Below the pieces are notes generated by a model, which worked only from the letters and a program-made list of their open reading frames with translations, did no database searches and was not told where the DNA came from. From the NCBI RefSeq assembly GCF_000143415.4, contig NW_003314333.1, forward strand, positions 310,001 through 374,000: 64,000 nt of DNA, written 5' to 3'. The position numbers were made by a program, and so were the translations under genes. Source of the stretch: Selaginella moellendorffii. Taxonomy: Eukaryota > Plantae > Lycopodiophyta. Numbering within the stretch: position 1 is the stretch's first letter; the number at the start of each line of letters is the position of its first letter. This document shows, one piece after another, positions 1-10,367 of this stretch.

Positions 1-1728
1 TTTTAAAAGCTCTTCCGCATCGCCCATCCGGCCAGCGCGGCCCAGAATGTCCACCACGCAGCAGTAGTGCTCCCTCGCAGGCACCAGGCCGTGGTCTTGG
101 CTCATGGACTGGAATTGGAGCCGAGCTTCTGCCAGGAGCCCGAGGTGGCTACACGAGTTCAAGATGCTCACGAACGCCGCCTCATCGGGACGGATGCCTT
201 CCATGGCCATGAGCCGGAAGAGCTCAAGAGCTTCTTCTCCCAGGCCCCGCGCCGTGTAGGCCGCGAGCATCACGTCCCAGGTTATGGTGTTGTTGCTCCC
301 GGGAGTTTGCTCAAAGATCTCGCGAGCTTCTTCCATAAATCCACTGGATGCGTAGATGGTCACCGTGGCGTTCCAGGAAACCGTGTCTCTCATTGGCATG
401 GTGTGGAAAACTTTGAGAGCTGCGGCGAGATCGCCATTGTTCGCATATCCAATGAGCAGGGTGTTCCACGAGACTACATCACGCCGGGGGATGAGATCGA
501 AGATGGTTTTGGCCTCGAGCATGTAATGCCCGTGCTGGGCATAGAGGTGGACCATGGTGTTCCAGGCAACCATGTCCTTCTCGGGTATTTCGTCGAAGAG
601 GATCTTGGCTTGCTCGATATCGCCCCGATGAGCGTAAGCCACCACCATGGTTGTCCACGAAACCACGCTTGATTCACCAATCCCATTATCATCAAACACT
701 TGCTTAGCCTCCCCCATCTCTCCCATTTTCGCCTCGAACTCCATCACCACCGTGACACTCGACATTGTTTTGAGGGGCATCTTTTCAAACGTCATCCTCA
801 ATTCGGTGCCATGCCCGGCCGCTCCATAGCCTTGGAGCAACGCGTTCCATGAGACATGGTTTCTCTCCGGCATAGCATCGAAGGTTTTTTTCGCCATTGC
901 CAAGTTGTTGCTCCCGGCATATGCCACCAGCATTGCTGTCCATGAAACTACACTTCGCATTGGCATCTTGCGGAAAATATCTCTCGCTTTGGCCATATAT
1001 CCACTCTTTGCGTATCTAGGAACCATGAGAGTCCAAGATATGACATCCTTCTCGGGCATTCCAAGGAAAAAATTCTCCGCATCACAAACTTCGGAGCCTT
1101 GAATGATTGCGTTCCACACAATGAGACTCACCAAAGGCATTTTCTCTACGAGCAGCTTAGCGGCGTTGATACGTCCTTTCTGGGCATTTGCGGTCACCAT
1201 TGCGTTCCATGACACCTCGTTGCGCTCCGGCATTGCATCAAACACCAACTTTGCCTCTCCGATCTCGCCATTCTGTGCATAAACAGTAATAAGCATTGTC
1301 CAAGTCACAAAGTCCGTCTGAGGAGTCCTCTCCAACACCATCTTTGCCTCCTCAAGGTAACCATTCGCGGCATATGCTTGACACATTGCATTCCACGCAA
1401 CCAAGTTTCTGTCGGGCATGTCAAAAAACACCTTCCTGGCGTCCGCCACGAAACCCTTGAGCGCATAAGCCCCTAGCATTGTCGTCCAAGCAACAGTATC
1501 TCTCCGTGGCATGCGATCGAAAAACCCTCTCGTTTTTTCTTGATAGCCATTCTGGGCATATACTTGCATCATGTTGTTCCAAGAGAAGATATTGTGCTCT
1601 GGTAGTGCTCGAAACACCTCCAGGGCACACGCAAGGCGGCCACATCTTCCGTACACACGGATCAACTGGCTGAAAAGCTTCTTGTCGTGTCTATACTCAG
1701 AGCTCGAGAGAAGTAGAGCCTTTAGCAT
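1..1728 (-). CDS. PLS-class pentatricopeptide repeat (PPR) protein, 3'-partial (>=576 aa; runs off the window)
   Basis: Manual translation from ATG at 1728 is open to base 1 (missing from the ORF track because there is no stop). It has many ~31-aa S-type repeats (e.g. VFDAMPERNEVSWNAMVTANAQKG), then P2/L2/S2 (GIRPDEAAFVSILNSCSHLG...EHYCCVVDILGRAGRMGDAEELL). Confidence 0.93.
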   Translation of the reverse strand, partial: MLKALLLSSSEYRHDKKLFSQLIRVYGRCGRLACALEVFRALPEHNIFSWNNMMQVYAQNGYQEKTRGFFDRMPRRDTVAWTTMLGAYALKGFVADARKVFFDMPDRNLVAWNAMCQAYAANGYLEEAKMVLERTPQTDFVTWTMLITVYAQNGEIGEAKLVFDAMPERNEVSWNAMVTANAQKGRINAAKLLVEKMPLVSLIVWNAIIQGSEVCDAENFFLGMPEKDVISWTLMVPRYAKSGYMAKARDIFRKMPMRSVVSWTAMLVAYAGSNNLAMAKKTFDAMPERNHVSWNALLQGYGAAGHGTELRMTFEKMPLKTMSSVTVVMEFEAKMGEMGEAKQVFDDNGIGESSVVSWTTMVVAYAHRGDIEQAKILFDEIPEKDMVAWNTMVHLYAQHGHYMLEAKTIFDLIPRRDVVSWNTLLIGYANNGDLAAALKVFHTMPMRDTVSWNATVTIYASSGFMEEAREIFEQTPGSNNTITWDVMLAAYTARGLGEEALELFRLMAMEGIRPDEAAFVSILNSCSHLGLLAEARLQFQSMSQDHGLVPAREHYCCVVDILGRAGRMGDAEELLK

Positions 1729-1908
1729 GAAATTGTTCCATAATTTAAATAGGCTTTTGGATGACCTATATTTCAAGCTGAAGCACTACGCCGATTTCTA
1801 GCCTGATTACTCCCTGCTCCCTCCTGCTCACGAAGCTCAAGCTCCAGTCCCTTGAAACATAGAAGAGTTTGCTCCATGGGAGAGCATCCAAAACGGGATA
1901 GCTGTCTA

Positions 1909-2317
1909 GGAACGGCAATCATTCAAGTTTGTGATTGTTTCCTTGGAATGCCCGAGAAGGATGTCATGATCTGTACTCTTATGGTTCCTTCATATATGGA
2001 AAGCAAAGAGCAGGTATATGGCAAAAGCGAGAGATGTTTTCCGCAAGATGCCCATGCCAAGCACAGTTTACTTGGGAGCAACAGGGCGAAAAAAACCTTT
2101 AATGCTCACCATCTCTCCCACTTGAAATCTCATCACCCCCGTGACACTGGACATGGCATCTTCACAAACGACAACCATCGGAATCCCACGATCCACGCCC
2201 GGCACGGCCATTACATGGCAATCTCATCGCAGCTTTCATTTTTAAATGAGAGCTTCTGACGCTTCCACACTGGACAAACCCCACATATGGGACGTGATGG
2301 CGATTGAAGTTCGTCCC
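1909..2317 (+). pseudogene. Deletion-riddled inverted copy of part of the adjacent PPR gene
   Basis: Collinear blocks such as TTCCTTGGAATGCCCGAGAAGGATGTCAT, GCGAGAGATGTTTTCCGCAAGATGCC and GGCGAAAAAAACCTT match the reverse complement of ~1117 down to ~186, with many gaps. Confidence 0.8.
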
Positions 2318-2399
2318 TGGATTTTGTTTAGGTTAAAAGTGTTTTGGCGCAAGCGCGAGCGACGAGCAAGACGGAACCGGAGATCTTCACAAGAGCAAT

Positions 2400-3400
2400 A
2401 TCTTCGGAGATCGTCACGGTGTTGAAGTCGTTCAATGACCGGCTTCAGAGTCTCAAGCAGTCCATGCAAATTCCCTATCCCGAATTCCCTAGGATTGTCA
2501 AAGAGAGGTGGATCTTCAGGCCGCTATATGCGCTTGACAAATTGGTAGTCATATCGCGTGGAGGACTGGGTCATAGAAATCCTGGTTTAAGAGGCTAGAC
2601 GAGACTTTACATCGTTCCTTGCTCTAGGCCAAGGATCTCCATGGTGAATTGTTTCCTCCACCTAGGTTAGGTATATAGATTTTTGGACTACCATTGCCAG
2701 GTGCGTGACCTGGAATGGCATCCCAGTGTTGCTGATCTTGCTCGGCTTCTTCAACTTGCCAGTCAGAGTGCTTCAACTACATGGAAGTTACTGGAGCTCG
2801 AACCGGGGTGATGACAAACTTCAACTCTTTGTGGCTGTGCTGAAGAGCGAGCAGGCACTCGTTGCTGGTTTCGCCTGCGATGCAGAACCCGCTCCATGCG
2901 TTCGGTTTTGTAATCGATGTGGCGAGGAAGTAGGAGCGGAAGAAGATGGCGAGGAGCGTGTTGCTCAAATTCGACTCTGTGCCAGTTATGGAAGACTTGA
3001 GAACCGTCTGCGGGCTCTGCGACCTTGTGGATGCGCGCAAGATTGTCGAAAACTTGGTGACGGACGGGTTCAAGTTTGAGGATCTGGCTCACGTGCGCAT
3101 GCTGCCGCTGCATCGTGAGGGAGACGCCAACAACTCCGTGGTGGCGGTGCGAGCAAAGTATAGAAACCAAGAGATCGTCGTCAAGATCAGGGACACACTC
3201 ATGTACATGAGGCTCAGGTTCTGCGGTTCCCAAGCTTCTCTGTAGGGTGCAATGTTTGTGTACATCATGATGACGGACGGAGGCACGAGCATACTGAAGG
3301 AGATTTTAGGTCACTTGCGCGTCAAGCTGGTTGGTTTGGCCGATGGCAAGGTGGTGCAAGTTTTTATCTCAGGAGTGGTGCGAAGGTATTGCGTGGCAAT
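2400..3400 (+). pseudogene. Decayed Crinkler-type/fungal-type REase-like + kinase gene
   Basis: Broken frames give ECFNYMEVTGARTGVMTNFNSLWLC*R...LLVSPA, then VAVRAKYRNQEIVVKIRD...MYMRL/GSAVPKLL. This resembles the Q..YM...YGVLT.YN..W...R..L.ISP and Y..L..LQG..VPKL motifs of such kinases. Stops and frameshifts are present. Confidence 0.45.
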
Positions 3401-5849
3401 CAGATCTTGGAATCTTCTGCACAAAAGAAACGATACAGCTTCACAACTCGGAACAACCACAGCCTAAGGGGTACTCGAGACACCTCAGCGAAACGTTGTG
3501 GGTTTTCTAATGTACAACTTCTATTCCCTCTTCAAAGGGCAAAGCAGCATTTTATGATTCGGTATCAGTGCGTGGCTTGACAGCAAAACCTTCAGTACTC
3601 GAGACACTCAACACGGAAACTGGCAGTTCCGAGCTGGAACGGGCTGGAACCGAGGAAACCATGGTGTATCCCTGCAGCATGGAAACGCTGGTGATAAATG
3701 GACTTTAGCATTGGTTGGACGCAGTGACGCAGTCATCTAGAAGAATTCTGTAGAATCTCTCTGCTTAAGCCGCTCTAGTAGGAGTATCAGAGACAACATG
3801 ACCTGAAAATGAGACTGGCATTCACACACATTACACTCATCAAAGCAAAAGTCCCTGGCTCGATCGATAATTTTAGAGACCAAAACGGGGAAATTTTTGT
3901 TTTAGCAGATAAGAAATTGGATCACATTCAGCCACATTGTACGAATTCCCCACGAAAATCTCTCAAGTGACCACCTTTCACTGCTCGGACAAGTATGCAA
4001 TGTGTGGGAGCGCCCTAACAGTGTTGATGTTTTACGACGATGGAATTCTCCTGCGTCGAAAGAGGTGAGCTCGATATGTTCTCTTCTCCATGCTATGAGC
4101 TGCTTGTAAACTCGAGCGTCTACATGAGACACAACGTGCTCTCACAAAGAAGATGGGAGGGATCCCCTACAAAAGGAAATAGCCGTTTAGAAGCCCTAGA
4201 ATGGTGGAATTTGACAATATTTAACTTTTTTTTAATAATATCTAGTGTTTCTTTTGCTTTACAAACTTTATTAACACTTTATTTGGGATTTCTCCAAAAT
4301 CACTATTTCTTTAACATGAGTCAGTACAAAAAATATCCCCTTCTTTTGTTGCTTAAACTTCTTTGATCTTTTAAAATTTAGATTCACATTTTATCTATAT
4401 AAAGCCATATTTCATGAAGGCAAATGCTTCATATTTTACATTGGGCATTATTTTGTTGTAAGAAGGACTAAATAACAAGCTTCATCTAATTTTTTTCCAC
4501 TTCTCAAAATTATATAACTGCAAAAAAGTAATTATGACACATTTAATAAAGAACTTTTTTTATAATTATGGATATTTTTAAATATAATTTTTTGAAGGTT
4601 TTTCCCACATGAAGACTATTTATAATGATCATAAAAACCTTAAGTATTCATTTTTAGTATGTAAACTCAATTGGCATTTATGTAGATTATCTTATATTTT
4701 GATTTATGATTATGCATCATAGTTAATGCACTCACATGATGTAGTTAACTCACTTCCTATCTTGAGGACCATCTTTTTTACTTTTAGCATTAAATTATTT
4801 TTGATTCTTCTTTTGATCATTCCCTCAAATTGTAGATTAAAAAAAACTTAAGCCACTAATTCATTCCAATTACATGGCATTAGAATTGAGGGGAAAGAGG
4901 GAAATTTGGTGTCTTGAATGAAAATAAGTAAAATTAGATTATGTTTAAAAATGATAACTATTACTTATAAAAGGCTAAAATATTTTAGCTGAGTTGGCAT
5001 AAGTGTTTTTAAGGGGGTTAAAGGAGGTTATTTTTTTATGAAGAAATTTCTAAGTGGGGGATAAATAGAACCCCACACCCTATGAGGCCTAGGTAAGGAA
5101 GAACTTTAGTAAGGTGGTGGCTATTCCAAAATTTAGAAAATTGTGTTAAAGATTCTAGAGGGCATTTATAAGGTTGCAAATTGGATTTTAGTCTTAAATG
5201 GGAGAAAACATGTATTTAGAGCTAAGATGATAGCATAGATTAAGTAGCTCTAGGTGTTATTATATGATAAAGGGCCAGAGGGAAAAAGATATTGACAAAG
5301 AATCCTTGAGCATGAGGGAAAAATTTGTGAAGGATTGTTATAAGTATATGATGGAGATCTAAAAGGGATCATATTTGTTGTGAAGATTCCATAAGGGAGT
5401 CCTATAATGAGATGGTTAGTGAGATAATGTTGAGAATTCTAGAAAGGTGGCAACTAGGGAATTTGGCAGAAGTGTTGTTATAGGAGCTGCTTGTGGGGGA
5501 TGGATTGTGTTTAGGTAGTACAGCCAAAAGATGTGAAGCTATTGATTCTAAAGTAGTGATAAGTAAGTTGATGTCAAACGTTCATAGGTTTGTGTAGCAA
5601 GGAGATTCTAAAAGGGAATCCTCTTATTTTGGTTACAAACAAAAAGAATAGTATGGTAGCCATATTTTGTAAGGATGCATTTTGGTTGTGGGTAAAGGTA
5701 GTATAACTATACTATAAACTTGTGATCAAAGAGGCAATTAAGGCATTAGTATAGATTGGGGCATGTGAGATGTAGATATCCAATGGAATCTCAAAGGGAT
5801 GTTGAGCCTCACCCCACCCCTAAGAGATTCTACATTTACTAGTATTTCA

Positions 5850-6210
5850 TGTCAAGACCCCCAACAAAATCAAAATTAGAAAATGCAGAAGACAAAGAGA
5901 AAAGCTAATGGAAACAAAGAAGCAACCTTAGACTAGTGTTGATTTAGATTGTGGAGAAATGGAACAAGGCTAACCTATATATACTATAGGTTGATGAAGC
6001 TCCACCACTCTTGGATCAAGGACGGCCTAAATATAGCTGAGGTCGAGGAGGAACCATGTTATCATCAGGAATGTGGTTCAAAACTTAGGAATCGTATGGG
6101 AAATCAGAGAGTTAGGAATAGGGAAGTGTCTCGAGAGTCAGGAATGTGGTTTGCAGGTTAGGAATCCGGTGAGAGTCAGGAATGTGGCAAGAATTGAGGG
6201 ATTCCTAATA
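5850..6210 (-). repeat. 3' LTR of chromovirus
   Basis: Direct repeat of 9981-10367 with many substitutions and a ~21-bp indel; adjacent to the PPT. Confidence 0.9.
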
Positions 6211-6221
6211 GCACCCCCTCC

Positions 6222-9200
6222 TTAAGAACGACTGGAACGAGGACTTGAATGAGAACGAAGAGGAGGATGAGATGGGCTGCGAGGGATGGGAGATGGAGAA
6301 TGAAAAGAATGAGGACTAGGATGAGAAGGATAGCAGCAATAGAAGTTCTGAACAAGGTCAGGAGAATGAATCAAGTTGTTCGCAGGTTCCCAAGTGCGTT
6401 CCTCAGGTCTGTAACCCTTCCAGTCTACCAGATAGTAGAGTTTAGACCGTGAGATCTTGGAATCAAGGATGTCCTGAATCTCATACTCAGACCCATCCTC
6501 GAGCTGCACTAGTGGAGGCGGAGGAATAACTCAATTTGGAATAAGATTGGGAATATAAGGTTCAAGGAAGTGAAAAATGGGGTGAATTTGATATGAGGAA
6601 AGAAGTGCAAGGCAATAAGTGACAAGATTAATGATGGCAGTGATAGGGAAAGGATCGAGGCGTTTGAAATTGAGTTTGGGACATGGCCTGGTGGTGGAGA
6701 TATTTCGCCTAAGGAGCTAGACTTTATCCCCGATATTGTAAGGGGGACAATCCTGATGATAGACATTAGCGAATGTTTGTGAGATTCCTGAGCATGATAG
6801 AGGTGGAAGGAGATGGAGTTGTGGATTTCCTGGAGGTTGGAGACAAATGCCTCAGAGTGGGGATTTGAACGAGAGGATTCGAATGGAGAAGGAAGTGAGA
6901 GATTGAATCGGGGATTTTGGCCAGAGTTTGTAAAGAAGAGGGAAACTCGAAAGGAGGAGTGAATAGAGTTGTTATAGAAGAACTTAGCAAGGGGAAGGAT
7001 ATCGAACTAGTCATTCTGATGATAATTGATGAAGCACCTTAGGAATTGTTCCAACGTCTAAATCGTTCGCTCGGACTGTCCATCAATTTAAGGATGATAT
7101 GCCGAAGAGAGGTTGGCCTTCACTCCAAGCAGCTACAAGAACCATTGCCAGAAATGAGAGATGAATTGAGGTCCCCGATCTGAAACCACATTTGCAGGAA
7201 TCCTATGAAGTCGAAAAATTTCTTTAAATACCAGTTTTGCCATGTCCTCGCCCAAAAACTCCTTGGTACATGGCAGGAAGTGCGCCATCTTTGTGAAGTG
7301 ATCCACCACAATTAAAATGCTGTTGAAGCCTCTAGAACTCGGAAGATCACTCAAGAAATCCATAGAAATGGATTCCCAAGGACCTGAAGGGACCAGGAGG
7401 GAATGAAGCAAACCTGAAGGAAGGTGGCGAGGTACCTTATTCTGGGCGTAAGTGTCATAGGAGGTAACAAAAGCTTTGATGTAGTTGTCCATGTGAGGCC
7501 ACCAAAAGTCCTGTGTAACCAGCTCATAGGTTTTTGCAATGCCAAAGTGACCAGCAGTTGGGCTATCATGGCATGCCATCAGGACCAACATGCGAGAGTC
7601 ACCTTTAGGAATGTAAAGTTGCTCCCCATGGTACAACAAGCCATCTAAGAACTTGAACTCGTCAAATCACTGGCAGTTGGGAGTTGCTGGGTGTCTAGCC
7701 TGAAGATGGGGAAAAATGTCGTTGGTGAGGTCATCAGATTGAAGATCATTTCTGATCGCATCCATCAAGGAGGAGTCTTGAGGGGCCAAGGAAATTGCCA
7801 TAACTTAAAGCTGATTAGGACCGAGGATAACCTGATCCTGTTGATCGAAGGCAAGATTACCAGGTCTGAGACTAAGATAGGAGCACCTTGAAAGAGCATC
7901 AAGAAGGCCTTGAAGCTTTCCAAGTCTATACTTGATAACAAAGTCAAACCGACTCAGGAATTATGCCCACCTTGCCTGACGACGGCTCAAAACTTGGGAA
8001 GTGGCAAAGTACTCGAGATTTTTGTGATCCGTCTAGACTGTTGTTTGATGGCTCGCCCCCTCCAAGAAACGATGCCACTCTCCAAAGGAATCCACGATGG
8101 CAAGGAGCTCCTTGTCATGGATTTCGTAATTGATCTTCGTAGGTTGGAATTTCTGAGAATGGAAAGTGACTAGATGAAATTCCTGATCTGCTCCGAATTG
8201 AGACAACACAGCACTGATGGCAAAGTCGGAGGTGTCCACCTCCATGAAGAAAGGTTGTGAGGGATCAGTGTGGATCAAGACAGGAGCAGAACTGAAGGCC
8301 GCTTTGAGTGTGTCAAAGGCTTGCTGGGCAGCAGCAAACCAAGAGAAGCAAACATCCTTGCGAGTGAGATGCATAAGAGGAAGGACAATATCAGAGTAGT
8401 GATCAATGAATTTGAGGTAGAAGTTAGCAAAGCCAAGGAAAACCTGAATGTTTGATATTGATTGCACTTGAGTCTAGTAGCGCCAGAGCCTTTGAGTCCT
8501 GATTGTCTGGTAAAAGAAAGGAGATATGGGATACGGAAGTTGCGAGAATTGGTGATGGCTTTGATGAAAGGTGGTGAGGAGCTTGATAAAGAAGAAAAGT
8601 GATTTTTATTTGGGGAGTCCAAACAGACAGCTCCTCAAGGTCATTTCCTGACTGCAACAAAGGTGGACCTTGAGGTAGAGTGAACTCGAACAGTCGGGGA
8701 GGCTTCTTAGGACACACAGCTGCTTTGTGATTAGGATCAACATAGTAGAGGCAAAGATTATGAGATACTCGACATTGCTTCTCAGTAGGACTCAACTTCC
8801 CTCTGATGAGTTTGGGAGTACCAGAAATATCCATCAGAACCGGAGTAGTAGGTTCAAGAGTATGTGCCGAAGACTCATGTTGGGATTTCTGAGTTTGGGA
8901 CTGGAAAATGGCAGCATGGTGACTTTCCTGACGATGTTCAAAGAGACGATTGTCACATTGAACAGCTTTGTTCATGGCGTCCGACAAGTCCGTGGGATCC
9001 TCCATAGTGAGTAACAAATCCTTGACACCATTGTTAAGGCCAAAACAAAATTGATCAATCAGGGCCCACTCATCCCACTGAGTATCCAAGGCAAGGAGTT
9101 GGAACTTTACAGCATAGATCGAGGCAGGACGAGACCCTTGAGAGAGACATCTCATCTTTGTGGTGGCAGCTCGAACCCGATCCATCTTGCCAAAACATGC

Positions 9201-9760
9201 TTCAAGTTTCTCTTTGAACAACTGAAGATCTATCAGCTCCAGAACCACAACCCTTTTCATGCTCTTCTATGCTTTATTTCGTTAAAGTGGGACTTATTCA
9301 GTAAAGTGGGACATTAATTAGTATGTGTCCACATGCCATTTCCTAGTACTTAATTAATATTTATTAATATTTCTATCAGTTTTTTAATTTATTTTTTTAT
9401 ATTTCACAATATTATAACACAAAATCATATGAAAAGTTTTTAATTTATAAATTATAAAGTTAAAACTTTAATTTTTTATTGTTGTTATAAAAATGGCATG
9501 TGGCCACACACCATAAGTGGGATAATGAAAAGTCCCACTTTAACGAAATAAAGCATTTCTCTAGGAGAGGAGAAAACCATAACAAAGCTACACCTTCGAG
9601 CAATATCCCGATCGCACCGATTTGAGACTCAGGAGTGGGGTACCGCCGATGTTGAAGTGCGAAGATCAACTCCATCTGGTTTAGGAATCCGCAAAGCTCC
9701 AAACGCTTGCTTGAAAATTTCACCAGGAAACTCACCTTTCATTCAGGAACTTTGCTTGAT
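6222..9760 (-). pseudogene. gag-pol remnant: gag, truncated protease, RNase H, integrase, chromodomain; RT core deleted
   Basis: Gag with LCLYYVDPNHKAAVCP knuckle. ALLDS is joined directly to IQVFLGFANFY. RNase H: EVDTSDFAISAVLSQ...NYEIHDKELLAIV. Integrase: HDSPTAGHFG...PWESISMDF...VSDRGPQF. Chromodomain: EYEIQDILDSK...YLVDWKGY..EERTWEP. Confidence 0.9.
9269..9556. mobile_element. MITE (288 bp) related to the Sola-like transposon, inserted in gag
   Basis: TIR ATGCTTTATTTCGTTAAAGTGGGACTT at both ends. 4-bp TSD TTCT at 9265-9268 and 9557-9560. Subterminal sequences match the two ends of the 17860-36811 element. Confidence 0.9.
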
Positions 9761-9980
9761 CCTTGAGCCAAAAGTGAAGCAAGCTCCTGTTGCATGTGAA
9801 GAAGGGTCGCCTTCAGCTCGGTATTCTCAGACTAGATTTTTACAAGGACTTCGGCAAAGAAATTAGGATGGCTTGGAGACTCCATTGGCAAAGATGAAAG
9901 AAAAGGGGGAAAAAGGCAAAAGTAGTCAAACAATCAAAATAAGCTAAAGCAAAACCAAAAAAACACAATCTGAATCAAAC

Positions 9981-10367
9981 TGTCAAAACCTCTAACAAGA
10001 TCAAAATTGGAAAATGCAGAAGACAAAGAGAAAAGCTAGTGAAAAAGAAAAAGTGGCCTTAGATTGGCATTGATTTAGATTGTGGAGAAATGGAACAAGG
10101 CTAACCTATATATACTATAGGTTGATGAAGCTCCACCACTCTTGGATCGAGGACGGCCTAAATATAGCTGAGGTCGAGGAGGTGCCATGTCATCATTAGG
10201 AATGTGGTTCGAGACTCATGAATCGTACAAGAAATCAGAGAGTCAGGAATAAGGAAGTGTCTCGAGAGTTAGGAATAGGGAAGTGTCTCGAGAGTCAAGA
10301 ATGTGGTCTGCGGGTCAGGAATCCAACGAGAGTTAGGAATGTGGCAAGAATTGAGGGATTTCTGACA
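9981..10367 (-). repeat. 5' LTR of chromovirus
   Basis: TGTCA...TGACA termini; TATATATA at 10107-10114; followed by TSD TTTCA. Confidence 0.9.

Larger units (their letters stand above)
5850..10367 (-). mobile_element. Ty3/Gypsy chromovirus (Tcn1-like) LTR retrotransposon, defective
   Basis: LTRs at 5850-6210 and 9981-10367. TSD TTTCA at 5845-5849 and 10368-10372. PPT AAGGAGGGGGTGC (minus strand) abuts 6210. Gag, RNase H, integrase and chromodomain remnants are present. Confidence 0.93.

Noticed and set aside
67-672. 201-aa plus-strand ORF and other small ORFs over 1-1700
   Set aside because: Antisense or off-frame shadows of the PPR gene.
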